A stretch of DNA of 64,000 nucleotides from Candidatus Shapirobacteria bacterium (lineage in GTDB: Bacteria; Patescibacteriota; Microgenomatia; UBA12405): positions 5,541 to 69,540 of the forward strand of contig JAQWFB010000001.1 of NCBI GenBank assembly GCA_028704635.1, read 5' to 3'. Below the pieces are notes generated by a model that saw only the letters and a program-made list of their open reading frames with translations, was not told the origin of the DNA and made no database searches. Numbering within the stretch: position 1 is the first letter of the stretch; the number at the start of each line of letters is the position of its first letter. Below, one piece after another: positions 27,068 through 36,281 of this stretch. A program made the translations under genes and the position numbers.

Positions 27068-27238
27068 GTGATTTCTCCAAATCAAACTCTAAAAATAGAA
27101 AAATATTTTCAGACAACTTATTGCCAGAAATTAACACATCAAGAAATCGAAGAGATAACCCAAAGTCTTAAATACCTTGGTAAGGCAATAGTCCGTTTTC
27201 ATTTACTAAATGAAAAAGAAGGACATAAAAAACGATAA
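27068..27238 (+). CDS. 56-aa small protein (not in ORF track), counterpart of 21131-21313
   Basis: GTG start; MISPNQTLKIEKYFQTTYCQKLTHQEIEEITQSLKYLGKAIVRFHLLNEKEGHKKR*; overlaps the rep start. Confidence 0.55.
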   Translation: MISPNQTLKIEKYFQTTYCQKLTHQEIEEITQSLKYLGKAIVRFHLLNEKEGHKKR

Positions 27239-28274
27239 TCAAATTAGACTTTTTGAATATAAAAAAAATGAATTTCCTGTTCTCCTTCAAACTGAAACCG
27301 CCTGCGGTCAGTTTGAAGAGATAGATTGTAGCGATAAAAACATTATTCTTCCTTCTGAATATAAGCCTAATACTGTATTATCCTTGACTCTTAATAGATC
27401 ATCTCAACAACCAACTAGAAAATACGATACAACCATGTCTCAACACATTCGTGATGTCAAAGAACAAATGAAAAATCAATTTTTTAGAATGTCTCATTAT
27501 CCTTGTAATTTTAGTAGTGATAAAAAAGCATTACTTTTTATTGGTAACGATGGAAAAGTAGAAAATGTTAGATATAAATTTAAAAGTTGTAATTCATGGA
27601 CTTGTCCTCGTTGTGCTCCTATTAAAGCCAAAGCTATTGGTCACCAAATTTCAGAGATAGCTATTACCAATAATTTAATTTATTACTTAACACTAACTCT
27701 TGATCCAAAAAAAATATCTCCTGAAGATATTTTAGATTCTAGAACTCATAAATTAATCACTGGATTTTTTAATCATTTTATTACAACTATCAAAAGGAAG
27801 AAATTTACTTATTTTCGTGATGGTAAGACTTACAGATTTGATCTTAAAAATAAAGAAGAAAAACTTAAATATATTTGGGTTATTGAATTTCAAAGAAATG
27901 GTTTAGCTCATATGCACATATTACTTAATAAATTTTTACCAGTAGAAATTATTAGAAAGGTTTGGACTCATGTTGGAGGTGGTCATATTATGAAAATTGA
28001 AAAAGCAAAAAATATCCAAGCTGTTGGCAATTATATTACTAAATATATTTTTAAAGAGTTTGAAAATATTGACCAAGTAAGAAATACATTTCACTTTTTT
28101 GAAAAAAGATATTCTATTAGTCAATCATGTCAAAAACCGCCTAAGGTAACAACAAGAATGTTTGAAAAAGATGTTGATAATTTTGATATTAATATCAAAA
28201 TGAAAGAATTAAGATTAGATTGGGTTTATAATACTCTTAACCCTCCCCCTATAAATAATCATTCTGACTTATGA
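27210..28274 (+). CDS. HUH-family rolling-circle replication initiator
   Basis: CNSWTCPRC Zn motif; motif 1 YLTLT; motif 2 EFQRNGLAHMHILL; motif 3 YITKY. Confidence 0.88.
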   Translation: MKKKDIKNDNQIRLFEYKKNEFPVLLQTETACGQFEEIDCSDKNIILPSEYKPNTVLSLTLNRSSQQPTRKYDTTMSQHIRDVKEQMKNQFFRMSHYPCNFSSDKKALLFIGNDGKVENVRYKFKSCNSWTCPRCAPIKAKAIGHQISEIAITNNLIYYLTLTLDPKKISPEDILDSRTHKLITGFFNHFITTIKRKKFTYFRDGKTYRFDLKNKEEKLKYIWVIEFQRNGLAHMHILLNKFLPVEIIRKVWTHVGGGHIMKIEKAKNIQAVGNYITKYIFKEFENIDQVRNTFHFFEKRYSISQSCQKPPKVTTRMFEKDVDNFDINIKMKELRLDWVYNTLNPPPINNHSDL

Positions 28275-29761
28275 AATATTTTGCTTATTGTCGAAAATCA
28301 ACCGAGGATAATTCTCATCAAGCTCAATCTATTGAAACACAAAAAAGAATTCTTTCGGATTTTGCCAAAAATAATGATATTGAAGTAGTTGATTTTATTA
28401 TTGAAACAAGAAGTGCAAAAAATGACGGAAACAGGCCAGAGTTTGAAAACATGTTAAAAAGATTCGAAAAAAAAGAAGCTGAAGGACTCTTAGTTTGCCA
28501 CATTGATCGTATTAGTAGAAATTGGATAGAAGCCGGACAAATTAGCAAACTTCACGATTTAGGATTAATCAAAGAAATTCGTACTTCTCAAAAAACATAC
28601 AGTACTTCCGCAGATATGTTTATGATGGGAGTTGAAATGGCTTCATCTTCTTATTATTCAAGAAATCTTTCTGAAAGAGTTAAGGAGGGGATTGCTACTA
28701 AATTATCAAAAGGTGAATATTCCGCACCGGCACCATTGGGCTATAAAAATAATCATGGAAATATTATTCCAGATTCTAAAACCCAACATTTTATCAAAGA
28801 AGCATTTGAGCTTTACGCAACAGGAACTTATTCTATTAATCAAATAGCTGAAAAACTTTATTCTGAGGGCTTTAGAACGCGTAGAGGTGGCAATAAAGTT
28901 TACAAGTCAGTAATTCATCGGATTCTTAATAATCCAGTTTATTATGGCGTGATGATTAATAAAGGCAAAAGATATCAAGGCAATTTTAAACCATTAATCT
29001 CAATGGCTTTATTCAACAAGGTTCAATTTCTTTTAAATGGAACTCATCACACTAAAAAACAAAAACATAATTTCTTATTCAATAAATATCTAACCTGTGA
29101 AAAATGCGGTTGTAGAATTACTGCCACGCTTAAAAAAGAAAAACATACTTATTATTACTGCACCAACGGTAAACATAATTGCGATCAACATTCTAAATAT
29201 TTAACAGAAAGTCTTATCGATAAATTAATTGGTGATGTTATTTCTAACATAACTTTAGACAAAGAATTGGCTAACTTATCATTAAATATGTATGCTGATG
29301 AATTAAGAAAGAAAAGTTTAAATAAAATTGGCGAAAGCCAAATTATCCAAGAACAAATAGATAATTTGAAGAAAAAAGAAAATAGGCTTTTAGATATGTA
29401 TTTAAATCAAGATATCGCCAAACAAATTTACGAAACTAAAAAAGCAGAAATTGAAGAAAATTTAGAAGATTTAAATACCGCATTAAAAAACTCGAAAAAC
29501 AGTAACCCTGAAATCACTTTGGAACTTTTAGAAAAATTTAAAAACACCGCTGTTTCCCTTAAAAAAATGTATGACACTGGCGATAGAGAGATAAAAGAGA
29601 ATTTATTAAAATCAGTACTTTGGAACGCTTCTATTGAAAATGAAAAAATAGGGAAAGTTACATATAAAAAACCGTTCGCTTACCTTGAAAAAATGGTAAA
29701 AACGAACGATTTTTCGCTAATGCGGGCCCGATGGGATTCGAACCCACGATCTTCCGCGTGA
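28271..29761 (+). CDS. Large serine recombinase (LSR2); last codons overlap tRNA-Asp antisense
   Basis: YCRKSTE, IDRISRN, APLGY, CEKCG...YYYC; ends MRARWDSNPRSSA*; ATGA overlap with rep. Confidence 0.95.
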   Translation: MKYFAYCRKSTEDNSHQAQSIETQKRILSDFAKNNDIEVVDFIIETRSAKNDGNRPEFENMLKRFEKKEAEGLLVCHIDRISRNWIEAGQISKLHDLGLIKEIRTSQKTYSTSADMFMMGVEMASSSYYSRNLSERVKEGIATKLSKGEYSAPAPLGYKNNHGNIIPDSKTQHFIKEAFELYATGTYSINQIAEKLYSEGFRTRRGGNKVYKSVIHRILNNPVYYGVMINKGKRYQGNFKPLISMALFNKVQFLLNGTHHTKKQKHNFLFNKYLTCEKCGCRITATLKKEKHTYYYCTNGKHNCDQHSKYLTESLIDKLIGDVISNITLDKELANLSLNMYADELRKKSLNKIGESQIIQEQIDNLKKKENRLLDMYLNQDIAKQIYETKKAEIEENLEDLNTALKNSKNSNPEITLELLEKFKNTAVSLKKMYDTGDREIKENLLKSVLWNASIENEKIGKVTYKKPFAYLEKMVKTNDFSLMRARWDSNPRSSA

Positions 29762-29796
29762 CAGGCGGATGTGCTAGACCGCTGCACCACGAGCCC
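29723..29796 (-). tRNA. tRNA-Asp(GTC), integration target
   Basis: Reverse complement GGGCTCGTGGTGCAGCGGTCTAGCACATCCGCCTGTCACGCGGAAGATCGTGGGTTCGAATCCCATCGGGCCCG. Confidence 0.95.
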
Positions 29797-29876
29797 ATTG
29801 GTCTAAGTATCCTGATAATATACCAAAACTTCCTCAAACAAACAACAAATTGATTAATTTGTTCTATAATTAACAT

Positions 29877-30914
29877 ATGAACAAAATTTACAGTAATACT
29901 GAGGTTGCTGAATACTTACAAAATATTTCTACTGCTTATGAAATTAAACGAAAAAATATTTTCAAAACCGTTTCTTATCAAAACGCCGCTGACACTGTTG
30001 CTACCTATCCAAAATCTATTCAAGAAATTTGGCAAAAAAATCCAAAAGACTTAGATAATATTCCTAATATTGGACCAAATATTCTCGCCAAAATCGACTA
30101 TTTATTTAAACACAACCAACCTCATCCAGCCGTTATTAAAGCTTTTAAAAATATTCACCCTAGTGTTTTTACTTTTACCAAAATTGAAGGCATTGGTCCC
30201 AAAATTGCCTATAAGCTTAGCAAAAATTTAAAATTTTCAAGTGATCCGGAAAAATCTTTAACTGAATTAATTGAATACGCTCAAAACGGCAAAATTAGAA
30301 ATATCCCTAAATTAGGCCAAAAATCAGAACAATTAATTTTAACCCAAACTCTAAATTTTTTAGGTCTTGGAAAACGAATGACCTTAAAACAAGCCAAAAA
30401 AACCGCCCAAAAAATTATTGATTATCTTCATCAACAATTCCCCGAAATCGAAATTATTCCTCTCGGCAGCCTTCGCCGCCAAGTTAAAACAATAGGGGAC
30501 ATTGACCTTGCTGCTAAAAGTAGTGATACCGAAAAAATATTAAACAATTTTGTTGAATACCCAGAAAAAATTCAAATCATTAATAGAGGTGATAAAAAAG
30601 CCTCAATTTTAATTGAAAATTATGTTCGAGTCGATTTAATGGTTCAGCCATCAGAGAATTTCGCTTCTCTAATTCAACATTTTACCGGCTCTCGTCAACA
30701 CAATATTAATTTAAGAAAATACGCTTTAAACTTAGGCCTTTCAATTTCTGAATATGGTATAAAAGATCTAAAAACAGGTAAAATTAATACATTTGATAAT
30801 GAAGAAAAACTTTATAACTTCTTAAGGCTTTGCTATATTGAACCTCAAAAAAGAACTGGCGATAAAGAGATTGAAATCGCTCAAGAATGTTATAATGAAT
30901 CAATTAAAAATTAA
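29877..30914 (+). CDS. polX: DNA polymerase X family (no PHP domain)
   Basis: HhH motifs IPNIG and IEGIGPK, GSLRR...GDID, RVDL, HFTGS..HN, SEYG. Confidence 0.9.
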   Translation: MNKIYSNTEVAEYLQNISTAYEIKRKNIFKTVSYQNAADTVATYPKSIQEIWQKNPKDLDNIPNIGPNILAKIDYLFKHNQPHPAVIKAFKNIHPSVFTFTKIEGIGPKIAYKLSKNLKFSSDPEKSLTELIEYAQNGKIRNIPKLGQKSEQLILTQTLNFLGLGKRMTLKQAKKTAQKIIDYLHQQFPEIEIIPLGSLRRQVKTIGDIDLAAKSSDTEKILNNFVEYPEKIQIINRGDKKASILIENYVRVDLMVQPSENFASLIQHFTGSRQHNINLRKYALNLGLSISEYGIKDLKTGKINTFDNEEKLYNFLRLCYIEPQKRTGDKEIEIAQECYNESIKN

Positions 30915-30921
30915 TAAATAA

Positions 30922-31500
30922 ATGATTTACGTAATTATTCTCGTCCTAGCTATTGTTTTTTTACTTTTCAGTTTCTACAACAAATTAAAAACCACTCAAG
31001 TCAGAATTAAAGCTTCCATTCAAGAAATCGGCAATCAATTAAAGCGCCAAGCCAATTTAATTCCCAATCTTGTCGATTCTGTAAAAGGTTATATGACCCA
31101 CGAAAAGGGGATTTTTGATCAATTAACCGAAGCTCGAAAATCAATTGATCAAGCAGTTCAAACTAACGATCCAAAAGCTATGGATAAATCTCAAGAATTG
31201 ATCAATAAAGCTCTTGGCTCCATTAAAGTTGTTATGGAAAGTAATCCAGAAATTAAGGCTTCAGATCTAGTTTCCAATTTAATGAACGAACTCCGCGACA
31301 CCGCCGATAAATTAATGTATGCCAGACGAACTTTAATTGATCTTACTGCCGATTTCAACACTACTATTTCCACTATTCCAGGAATGTGGATCGCCCCACT
31401 TTTTGGTTTTAAAGAAGAAAAAGGACTAAGTACTCCAACTGATATGAATCAACTTGAAGTTTCTAAAGAAGAAACCAAAAATCCAGAAGTAAAATTATAA
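30922..31500 (+). CDS. lemA: LemA family protein
   Basis: QLKRQANLIPNLVDSVKGYMTHEK, PEIKAS, IAPLFGF. Confidence 0.92.
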   Translation: MIYVIILVLAIVFLLFSFYNKLKTTQVRIKASIQEIGNQLKRQANLIPNLVDSVKGYMTHEKGIFDQLTEARKSIDQAVQTNDPKAMDKSQELINKALGSIKVVMESNPEIKASDLVSNLMNELRDTADKLMYARRTLIDLTADFNTTISTIPGMWIAPLFGFKEEKGLSTPTDMNQLEVSKEETKNPEVKL

Positions 31501-31510
31501 AAAGATTTTT

Positions 31511-32395
31511 ATGATCAACGTTTACGAACAAGTCTCTATAAACAAATTTAAGTCGGGTTTAATTATTAGCCTATTTATAGGTTTTATTTTAGGCGCCACT
31601 TATTTAATTTCCCAAGCTTTCGGCTTTGGTAATGAATTTATGATTTTTGCTTTAGTTATTTCTTTTGGCATGTCTGGTGTTAGTTATTTTTGGGGCGACC
31701 AAATTGTCGTTTCTCTAAACGGTGCCAAACCAGCCAACCGTAAAGAATTTTTTGATTTTTACACTGTCACTGAAAATTTAAGCATGGCCAATAGAACTCC
31801 TATGCCAAAAGTTTATGTCATTGATAGTCCAGCCATGAATGCTTTTGCTACTGGTCGCGACCCTGAACATTCGCTAGTTTGTGCTACAACAGGTCTTTTA
31901 CAAAAATTAAATCGCACCGAACTCGAAGCTGTCATCGGCCATGAACTTTCTCATATTAAAAATTACGACATTCGGTTAATGATGATCGTCAGTATTTTAA
32001 TTGGCACACTTTCGATTGTCGTTAATTTTGCCACTAATTCCATGTTTTTTGGCGGTCGCGACAATGATAGCGACAACAACAATCCTTTTATCGCCATTAT
32101 CGGTTTAGTTTTAATCATTTTTGCCCCAATAATCGCCCAATTAATTCAATTAGCAATTTCTCGTCGTCGCGAATTTTTAGCCGATGCTTCAGCAGTAAAA
32201 TTAACTCGTCAACCTCAAGGACTTATTGATGCTCTTAAAAAAATATCCACAGATTCCAGTAAATTAGAAACAGCCTCCACGGCTACAGCCTCCCTTTATA
32301 TCAGTAATCCATTTAAAGGTAATAAAGTTGCCAGTCTTTTTTCTACCCACCCCCCAATAGAAGATAGAATCGCCACTTTAACTAAAATGCTTTAA
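31511..32395 (+). CDS. htpX: M48 zinc metalloprotease HtpX
   Basis: NAFATGRDP, HELSH, SRRREFLAD, FSTHPP. Confidence 0.95.
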   Translation: MINVYEQVSINKFKSGLIISLFIGFILGATYLISQAFGFGNEFMIFALVISFGMSGVSYFWGDQIVVSLNGAKPANRKEFFDFYTVTENLSMANRTPMPKVYVIDSPAMNAFATGRDPEHSLVCATTGLLQKLNRTELEAVIGHELSHIKNYDIRLMMIVSILIGTLSIVVNFATNSMFFGGRDNDSDNNNPFIAIIGLVLIIFAPIIAQLIQLAISRRREFLADASAVKLTRQPQGLIDALKKISTDSSKLETASTATASLYISNPFKGNKVASLFSTHPPIEDRIATLTKML

Positions 32396-32403
32396 AATAA
32401 CCC

Positions 32404-35400
32404 ATGGGTAATTTTGTTCATCTTCATGTCCACACTGAATATTCTCTTCTTGACGGCCTCACTAAAATAAAAAAACTAATCCCTTTTATTAAAGAAATGG
32501 GAATGGATTCTATCGCCATCACTGATCACGGTAACATGTATGGTGCCATTGAATTTTATAAAGCTTGCAAAAAAAACGATATCAAGCCTATTATTGGCTG
32601 TGAAGTTTATTTAGCACCCAACGGCCGACTCGATAAATCAGCCGCTAATCGCCGTAATCATCATTTAATTTTATTAGCCAAAAACGATCAAGGTTATCGA
32701 AATTTAATGAAATTGGTCAGTATTGGGAATCTTGAAGGCTATTACTATAAACCTCGAATTGATTGGGAAATTTTACAACAATACAAAGATGGTTTAATTT
32801 GCAATAGTGCTTGTGTTGAAGGGGAAATTGCTCAATTAATTTTAGATGATAATTACGAGAAAGCCAAAAAAAGAGCCAAAGAATTTCAAGATCTTTTTGG
32901 AGAAGATTATTATTTAGAAATTCAACGACATCCAGGACTAAAAGATCAAGACCGAGCCAATGAAGGCATTATTAAAATTAGCCGAGAGTTAGGCATTCCT
33001 TTAATTGCCGCTAACGATGCCCATTACCTCAAAAAAAGTGATGCTTTTGCCCAAGACGTTTTGATGATGATCAACACTCAAACCACTCTTAATGATTCCA
33101 AAAGATTAAGTATGTTTGATGTCCCTGATTTTTATATCAAGTCACCAGAAGAAATGCAACAACAGTTTTCCGACATTCCAGATGCTTTGGAAAATACTGT
33201 AAAAATCGCCGAAAAATGTAATTTAGAAATTGAATTAGGCAATTGGTATTTCCCTAAATTTAAATTACCAAAAGGTAAAAATGCCGAAGAAACTTTAAAA
33301 GAATTAGTTTATAAATGCGCCGAAGAACATTATGGCAAATTAACTCAAGAAATAATCGATCGTCTCGAATATGAATTAGGAGTTATTAATCCCAAAGGTT
33401 ATGCTGCCTACTTTTTAATCATGTATGATTTTATCCGTTGGACTGAGGAAAATGACACTCCAACTAATACTAGAGGTTCTGCTGGTGGTTGTTTAGTCGC
33501 CTTTACCTTAGGTATTACTTCTGTCGATCCTTTAATCTACCAACTACCTTTTGAAAGATTTTTAAATAAAGATCGTCCTTCACCACCAGATATCGATCTA
33601 GACATCGCCGACGACAAACGACAAGGAATGCTTTATCACATTGTTGAACAATACGGTAAAGACGCTGTTGCTCAAATCTGTACTTTTGGTCGAATGATGG
33701 CCAAAGGTGCCGTTCGTGACACTGCCCGTGTCCTTGGTTATGAATACACCATTGGCGACAAAATTAGTAAATTAATTCCCATGGGTTCTCAAGGTTTTCC
33801 CATGTCTATCGACAAAGCTATCGATACCACCCCAGAATTAAAAAACCTTTACGAAACCGATCCCGATTCCAAAAAAATTATCGAAGCCGCCAAACAAATT
33901 GAAGGTATTGCTCGTCACATCAGTGTTCATGCCTGTGCTATCGTTATTTCTCCATCTGCCATCACCGACTTTTCTCCAGTCCAAACAGAAACCGGTGGCG
34001 ATAAAACCATTACTCAATATGAAATGCATGCCTGCGAGGAAGTCGGCTTAATTAAATACGATATTTTAGGAATTCGAAATTTATCCTTCTTAGGACAATC
34101 AGTTTTAAATGTTCGCAAATATCAAAATATCGACATTAATTTAAGAAAAATTCCTCTCGATGATAAAAAAACTTTTGAGATGCTTTCTCGTGGCGACACT
34201 ATGGGGGTTTTTCAATTAGCAGGCGAGGGGATGACAAAATGGATTAAAGAGTTAAAACCAAATCGAGTCGAAGATTTAATGGCCATGGTAGCTCTCTATC
34301 GTCCTGGACCAATGGCTATTATCCCCGAATATATTGCCCGTAAAAACGGCACTTCTAAAATAACCTACATCGATCCAAAAATGGAAAAATTTTTGGATAA
34401 ATCTTATGGTCTTTTGGTTTATCAAGACGACTGTTTGTACACTGCCATCGAACTAGCTGGTTACAATTGGACCGAGGTAGATAAATTTAGAAAAGCCATT
34501 GGTAAAAAAATCCCTGAAGAAATGGCCGCTCAAAAAGAAAAATTTCTTCAAGGTTGTATTAACAACGACTACACCGAAGAAAAAGCTAAAGAAATTTTTA
34601 GTTACATCGAACCATTCACTTCATATGGTTTCAATAAGGCCCACGCTGCCTCCTACGGCATGCTTGCCTATCGCACCGCCTACATGAAAGCTAATTACCC
34701 AGTTGAATACATGTGTGCCCTTTTAACTGCCGAATCTGGTGACGCTGAAAAAATCACTGATGGTGTCAGTGAGTGTCGCCATCTTGGCATAATTGTCGGA
34801 CCTCCCGATATTAATAAATCATTAAGTGGTTTTGAAATGGAAGAAAATTCCGAATCACTCGAAAAATTTGCAATTCGTTTTGGTTTAAGTGCTATTAAAA
34901 ATGTCGGTGAAGCCGCCATTGAAAACATTATCAACGAAAGAAATACTAACGGTCCATTTATTAGTTTTAGTGATTTTTGCCTCCGTGTTGATTCTCAAAA
35001 AATCAACAAAAGAGTTTTAGAAAGTTTAATCAAGGTTGGAGCCATGGATCAATTCGGCGAAAGAAACGCTATTTTAGCATCGCTTGAAAAAATTAGAATT
35101 GACTGCGAAAAATTAAATTCTAAAAAAAGTAACGGACAATTTAGTCTTTTTGATGCTCCTACTGATGACAACACTAAAATAATTGCTCCGCCAGATGTTT
35201 TTATTCAGACCACTCCTATGACTGAACATGAAAGATTGGCTCTAGAAAAAGAACTTCTTGGAATTTTTGTCACTGAAAACCCCATCAGCAAAATTCTGCT
35301 CCCTTTTCAAACACTCGGCCTTCCTAAAATATCAGAAATTCTCGAAAAAGATACCGATATTTCTGTTAAAATGGCCGCTTCTCTAACTAAAATCAAAATG

Positions 35401-35826
35401 ATACGTACCAAAAAGAACAATGCCAAAATGGCTTTCCTTTCTCTCGAAGACGAAACTGGAAAAATCGAAGCCGTTGTTTTTCCTAAAACTTTTGACGAAA
35501 TTGAAAATATTTTAGCCGAAAATAAGGCATTTTATATTGAAGGTAAAACCAATCTAAGAGAAGGAAATTTATCAATTTTAATCGATAATATTAGTTTAAA
35601 TCCTCCTAAAAATTCCTCAAAATATGATTTTGTTATTACCGTTCATAAAAATGCCAGTCAAAATCAATTAATGGAATTAAATACTCTACTTAAACAAAAT
35701 CCCAACGGACATCGCGGTTTAATAATTCTTCCAAACGGAAAAAATATTCCGCTTAATTATGGAGTAAACTATAATGAAAATCTTCAGCAACAAATTGACA
35801 ATATCTTCTTGTCAAATAAAAATTAG
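32404..35826 (+). CDS. dnaE: DNA polymerase III alpha subunit
   Basis: FVHLHVHTEYSLLDG, RGSAGG, PDIDLD, FNKAHAASY, OB fold. Confidence 0.98.
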   Translation: MGNFVHLHVHTEYSLLDGLTKIKKLIPFIKEMGMDSIAITDHGNMYGAIEFYKACKKNDIKPIIGCEVYLAPNGRLDKSAANRRNHHLILLAKNDQGYRNLMKLVSIGNLEGYYYKPRIDWEILQQYKDGLICNSACVEGEIAQLILDDNYEKAKKRAKEFQDLFGEDYYLEIQRHPGLKDQDRANEGIIKISRELGIPLIAANDAHYLKKSDAFAQDVLMMINTQTTLNDSKRLSMFDVPDFYIKSPEEMQQQFSDIPDALENTVKIAEKCNLEIELGNWYFPKFKLPKGKNAEETLKELVYKCAEEHYGKLTQEIIDRLEYELGVINPKGYAAYFLIMYDFIRWTEENDTPTNTRGSAGGCLVAFTLGITSVDPLIYQLPFERFLNKDRPSPPDIDLDIADDKRQGMLYHIVEQYGKDAVAQICTFGRMMAKGAVRDTARVLGYEYTIGDKISKLIPMGSQGFPMSIDKAIDTTPELKNLYETDPDSKKIIEAAKQIEGIARHISVHACAIVISPSAITDFSPVQTETGGDKTITQYEMHACEEVGLIKYDILGIRNLSFLGQSVLNVRKYQNIDINLRKIPLDDKKTFEMLSRGDTMGVFQLAGEGMTKWIKELKPNRVEDLMAMVALYRPGPMAIIPEYIARKNGTSKITYIDPKMEKFLDKSYGLLVYQDDCLYTAIELAGYNWTEVDKFRKAIGKKIPEEMAAQKEKFLQGCINNDYTEEKAKEIFSYIEPFTSYGFNKAHAASYGMLAYRTAYMKANYPVEYMCALLTAESGDAEKITDGVSECRHLGIIVGPPDINKSLSGFEMEENSESLEKFAIRFGLSAIKNVGEAAIENIINERNTNGPFISFSDFCLRVDSQKINKRVLESLIKVGAMDQFGERNAILASLEKIRIDCEKLNSKKSNGQFSLFDAPTDDNTKIIAPPDVFIQTTPMTEHERLALEKELLGIFVTENPISKILLPFQTLGLPKISEILEKDTDISVKMAASLTKIKMIRTKKNNAKMAFLSLEDETGKIEAVVFPKTFDEIENILAENKAFYIEGKTNLREGNLSILIDNISLNPPKNSSKYDFVITVHKNASQNQLMELNTLLKQNPNGHRGLIILPNGKNIPLNYGVNYNENLQQQIDNIFLSNKN

Positions 35827-35884
35827 ATTGCTAGACTACCAAGGTTTACTTTGATATAATTCAAAGCACTAATTTAATAAAAAT

Positions 35885-36199
35885 ATGGCTCTAAAAATTA
35901 CTTACAAAGAACAAAACTTTTTCGTTGGCGACTCCGTTAAAGTCAACTATAAAATCAAAGAAAAAGATAAAGAAAGAGTACAAGCTTTCGATGGCGTTAT
36001 TTTAGCTGTCAAAGGAATCGGCGAAAATAAAAATTTCATCGTTCAAAAAGTTGCTTCAAATGCAGTTAAAGTTGAAAGAACTTTTCCTGTCAATTCACCT
36101 TGGATCGATAGTATCGTTAAATTAAGAGCCCCAAAAAGCAAAATTCGACGAGCTAAACTATACTATTTGCGCGCTGATAAAGTTCGTAAAACCGCTTAA
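35885..36199 (+). CDS. rplS: 50S ribosomal protein L19
   Basis: VGDSVKV.YKIKE..KERVQAFDG, VERTFPVNSP, RRAKLYYLR. Confidence 0.97.
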   Translation: MALKITYKEQNFFVGDSVKVNYKIKEKDKERVQAFDGVILAVKGIGENKNFIVQKVASNAVKVERTFPVNSPWIDSIVKLRAPKSKIRRAKLYYLRADKVRKTA

Positions 36200-36205
36200 C
36201 AATCT

Positions 36206-36281
36206 GGGTCTTTAGCTCAGTCGGTAGAGCAGTTGCCTTTTAAGCAATTGGTCGCGGGTTCGAATCCCGCAGGACCCACCA
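36206..36281 (+). tRNA. tRNA-Lys(TTT), CCA encoded
   Basis: GGGTCTTTAGCTCAGTCGGTAGAGCAGTTGCCTTTTAAGCAATTGGTCGCGGGTTCGAATCCCGCAGGACCCACCA. Confidence 0.96.

Larger units (their letters stand above)
23618..29729. mobile_element. E2: ~6.1 kb integrative rolling-circle element at tRNA-Asp
   Basis: ATGCGGGC at both ends; HUH Rep, cruciform origin candidate, serine recombinase running into tRNA-Asp. Confidence 0.8.

Noticed and set aside
19591-29761. Intact prophage
   Set aside because: No terminase, portal, capsid, tail, lysin or inovirus Zot-like ATPase recognised.
29658-29876. 72-aa minus-strand ORF
   Set aside because: It is a translation through tRNA-Asp.
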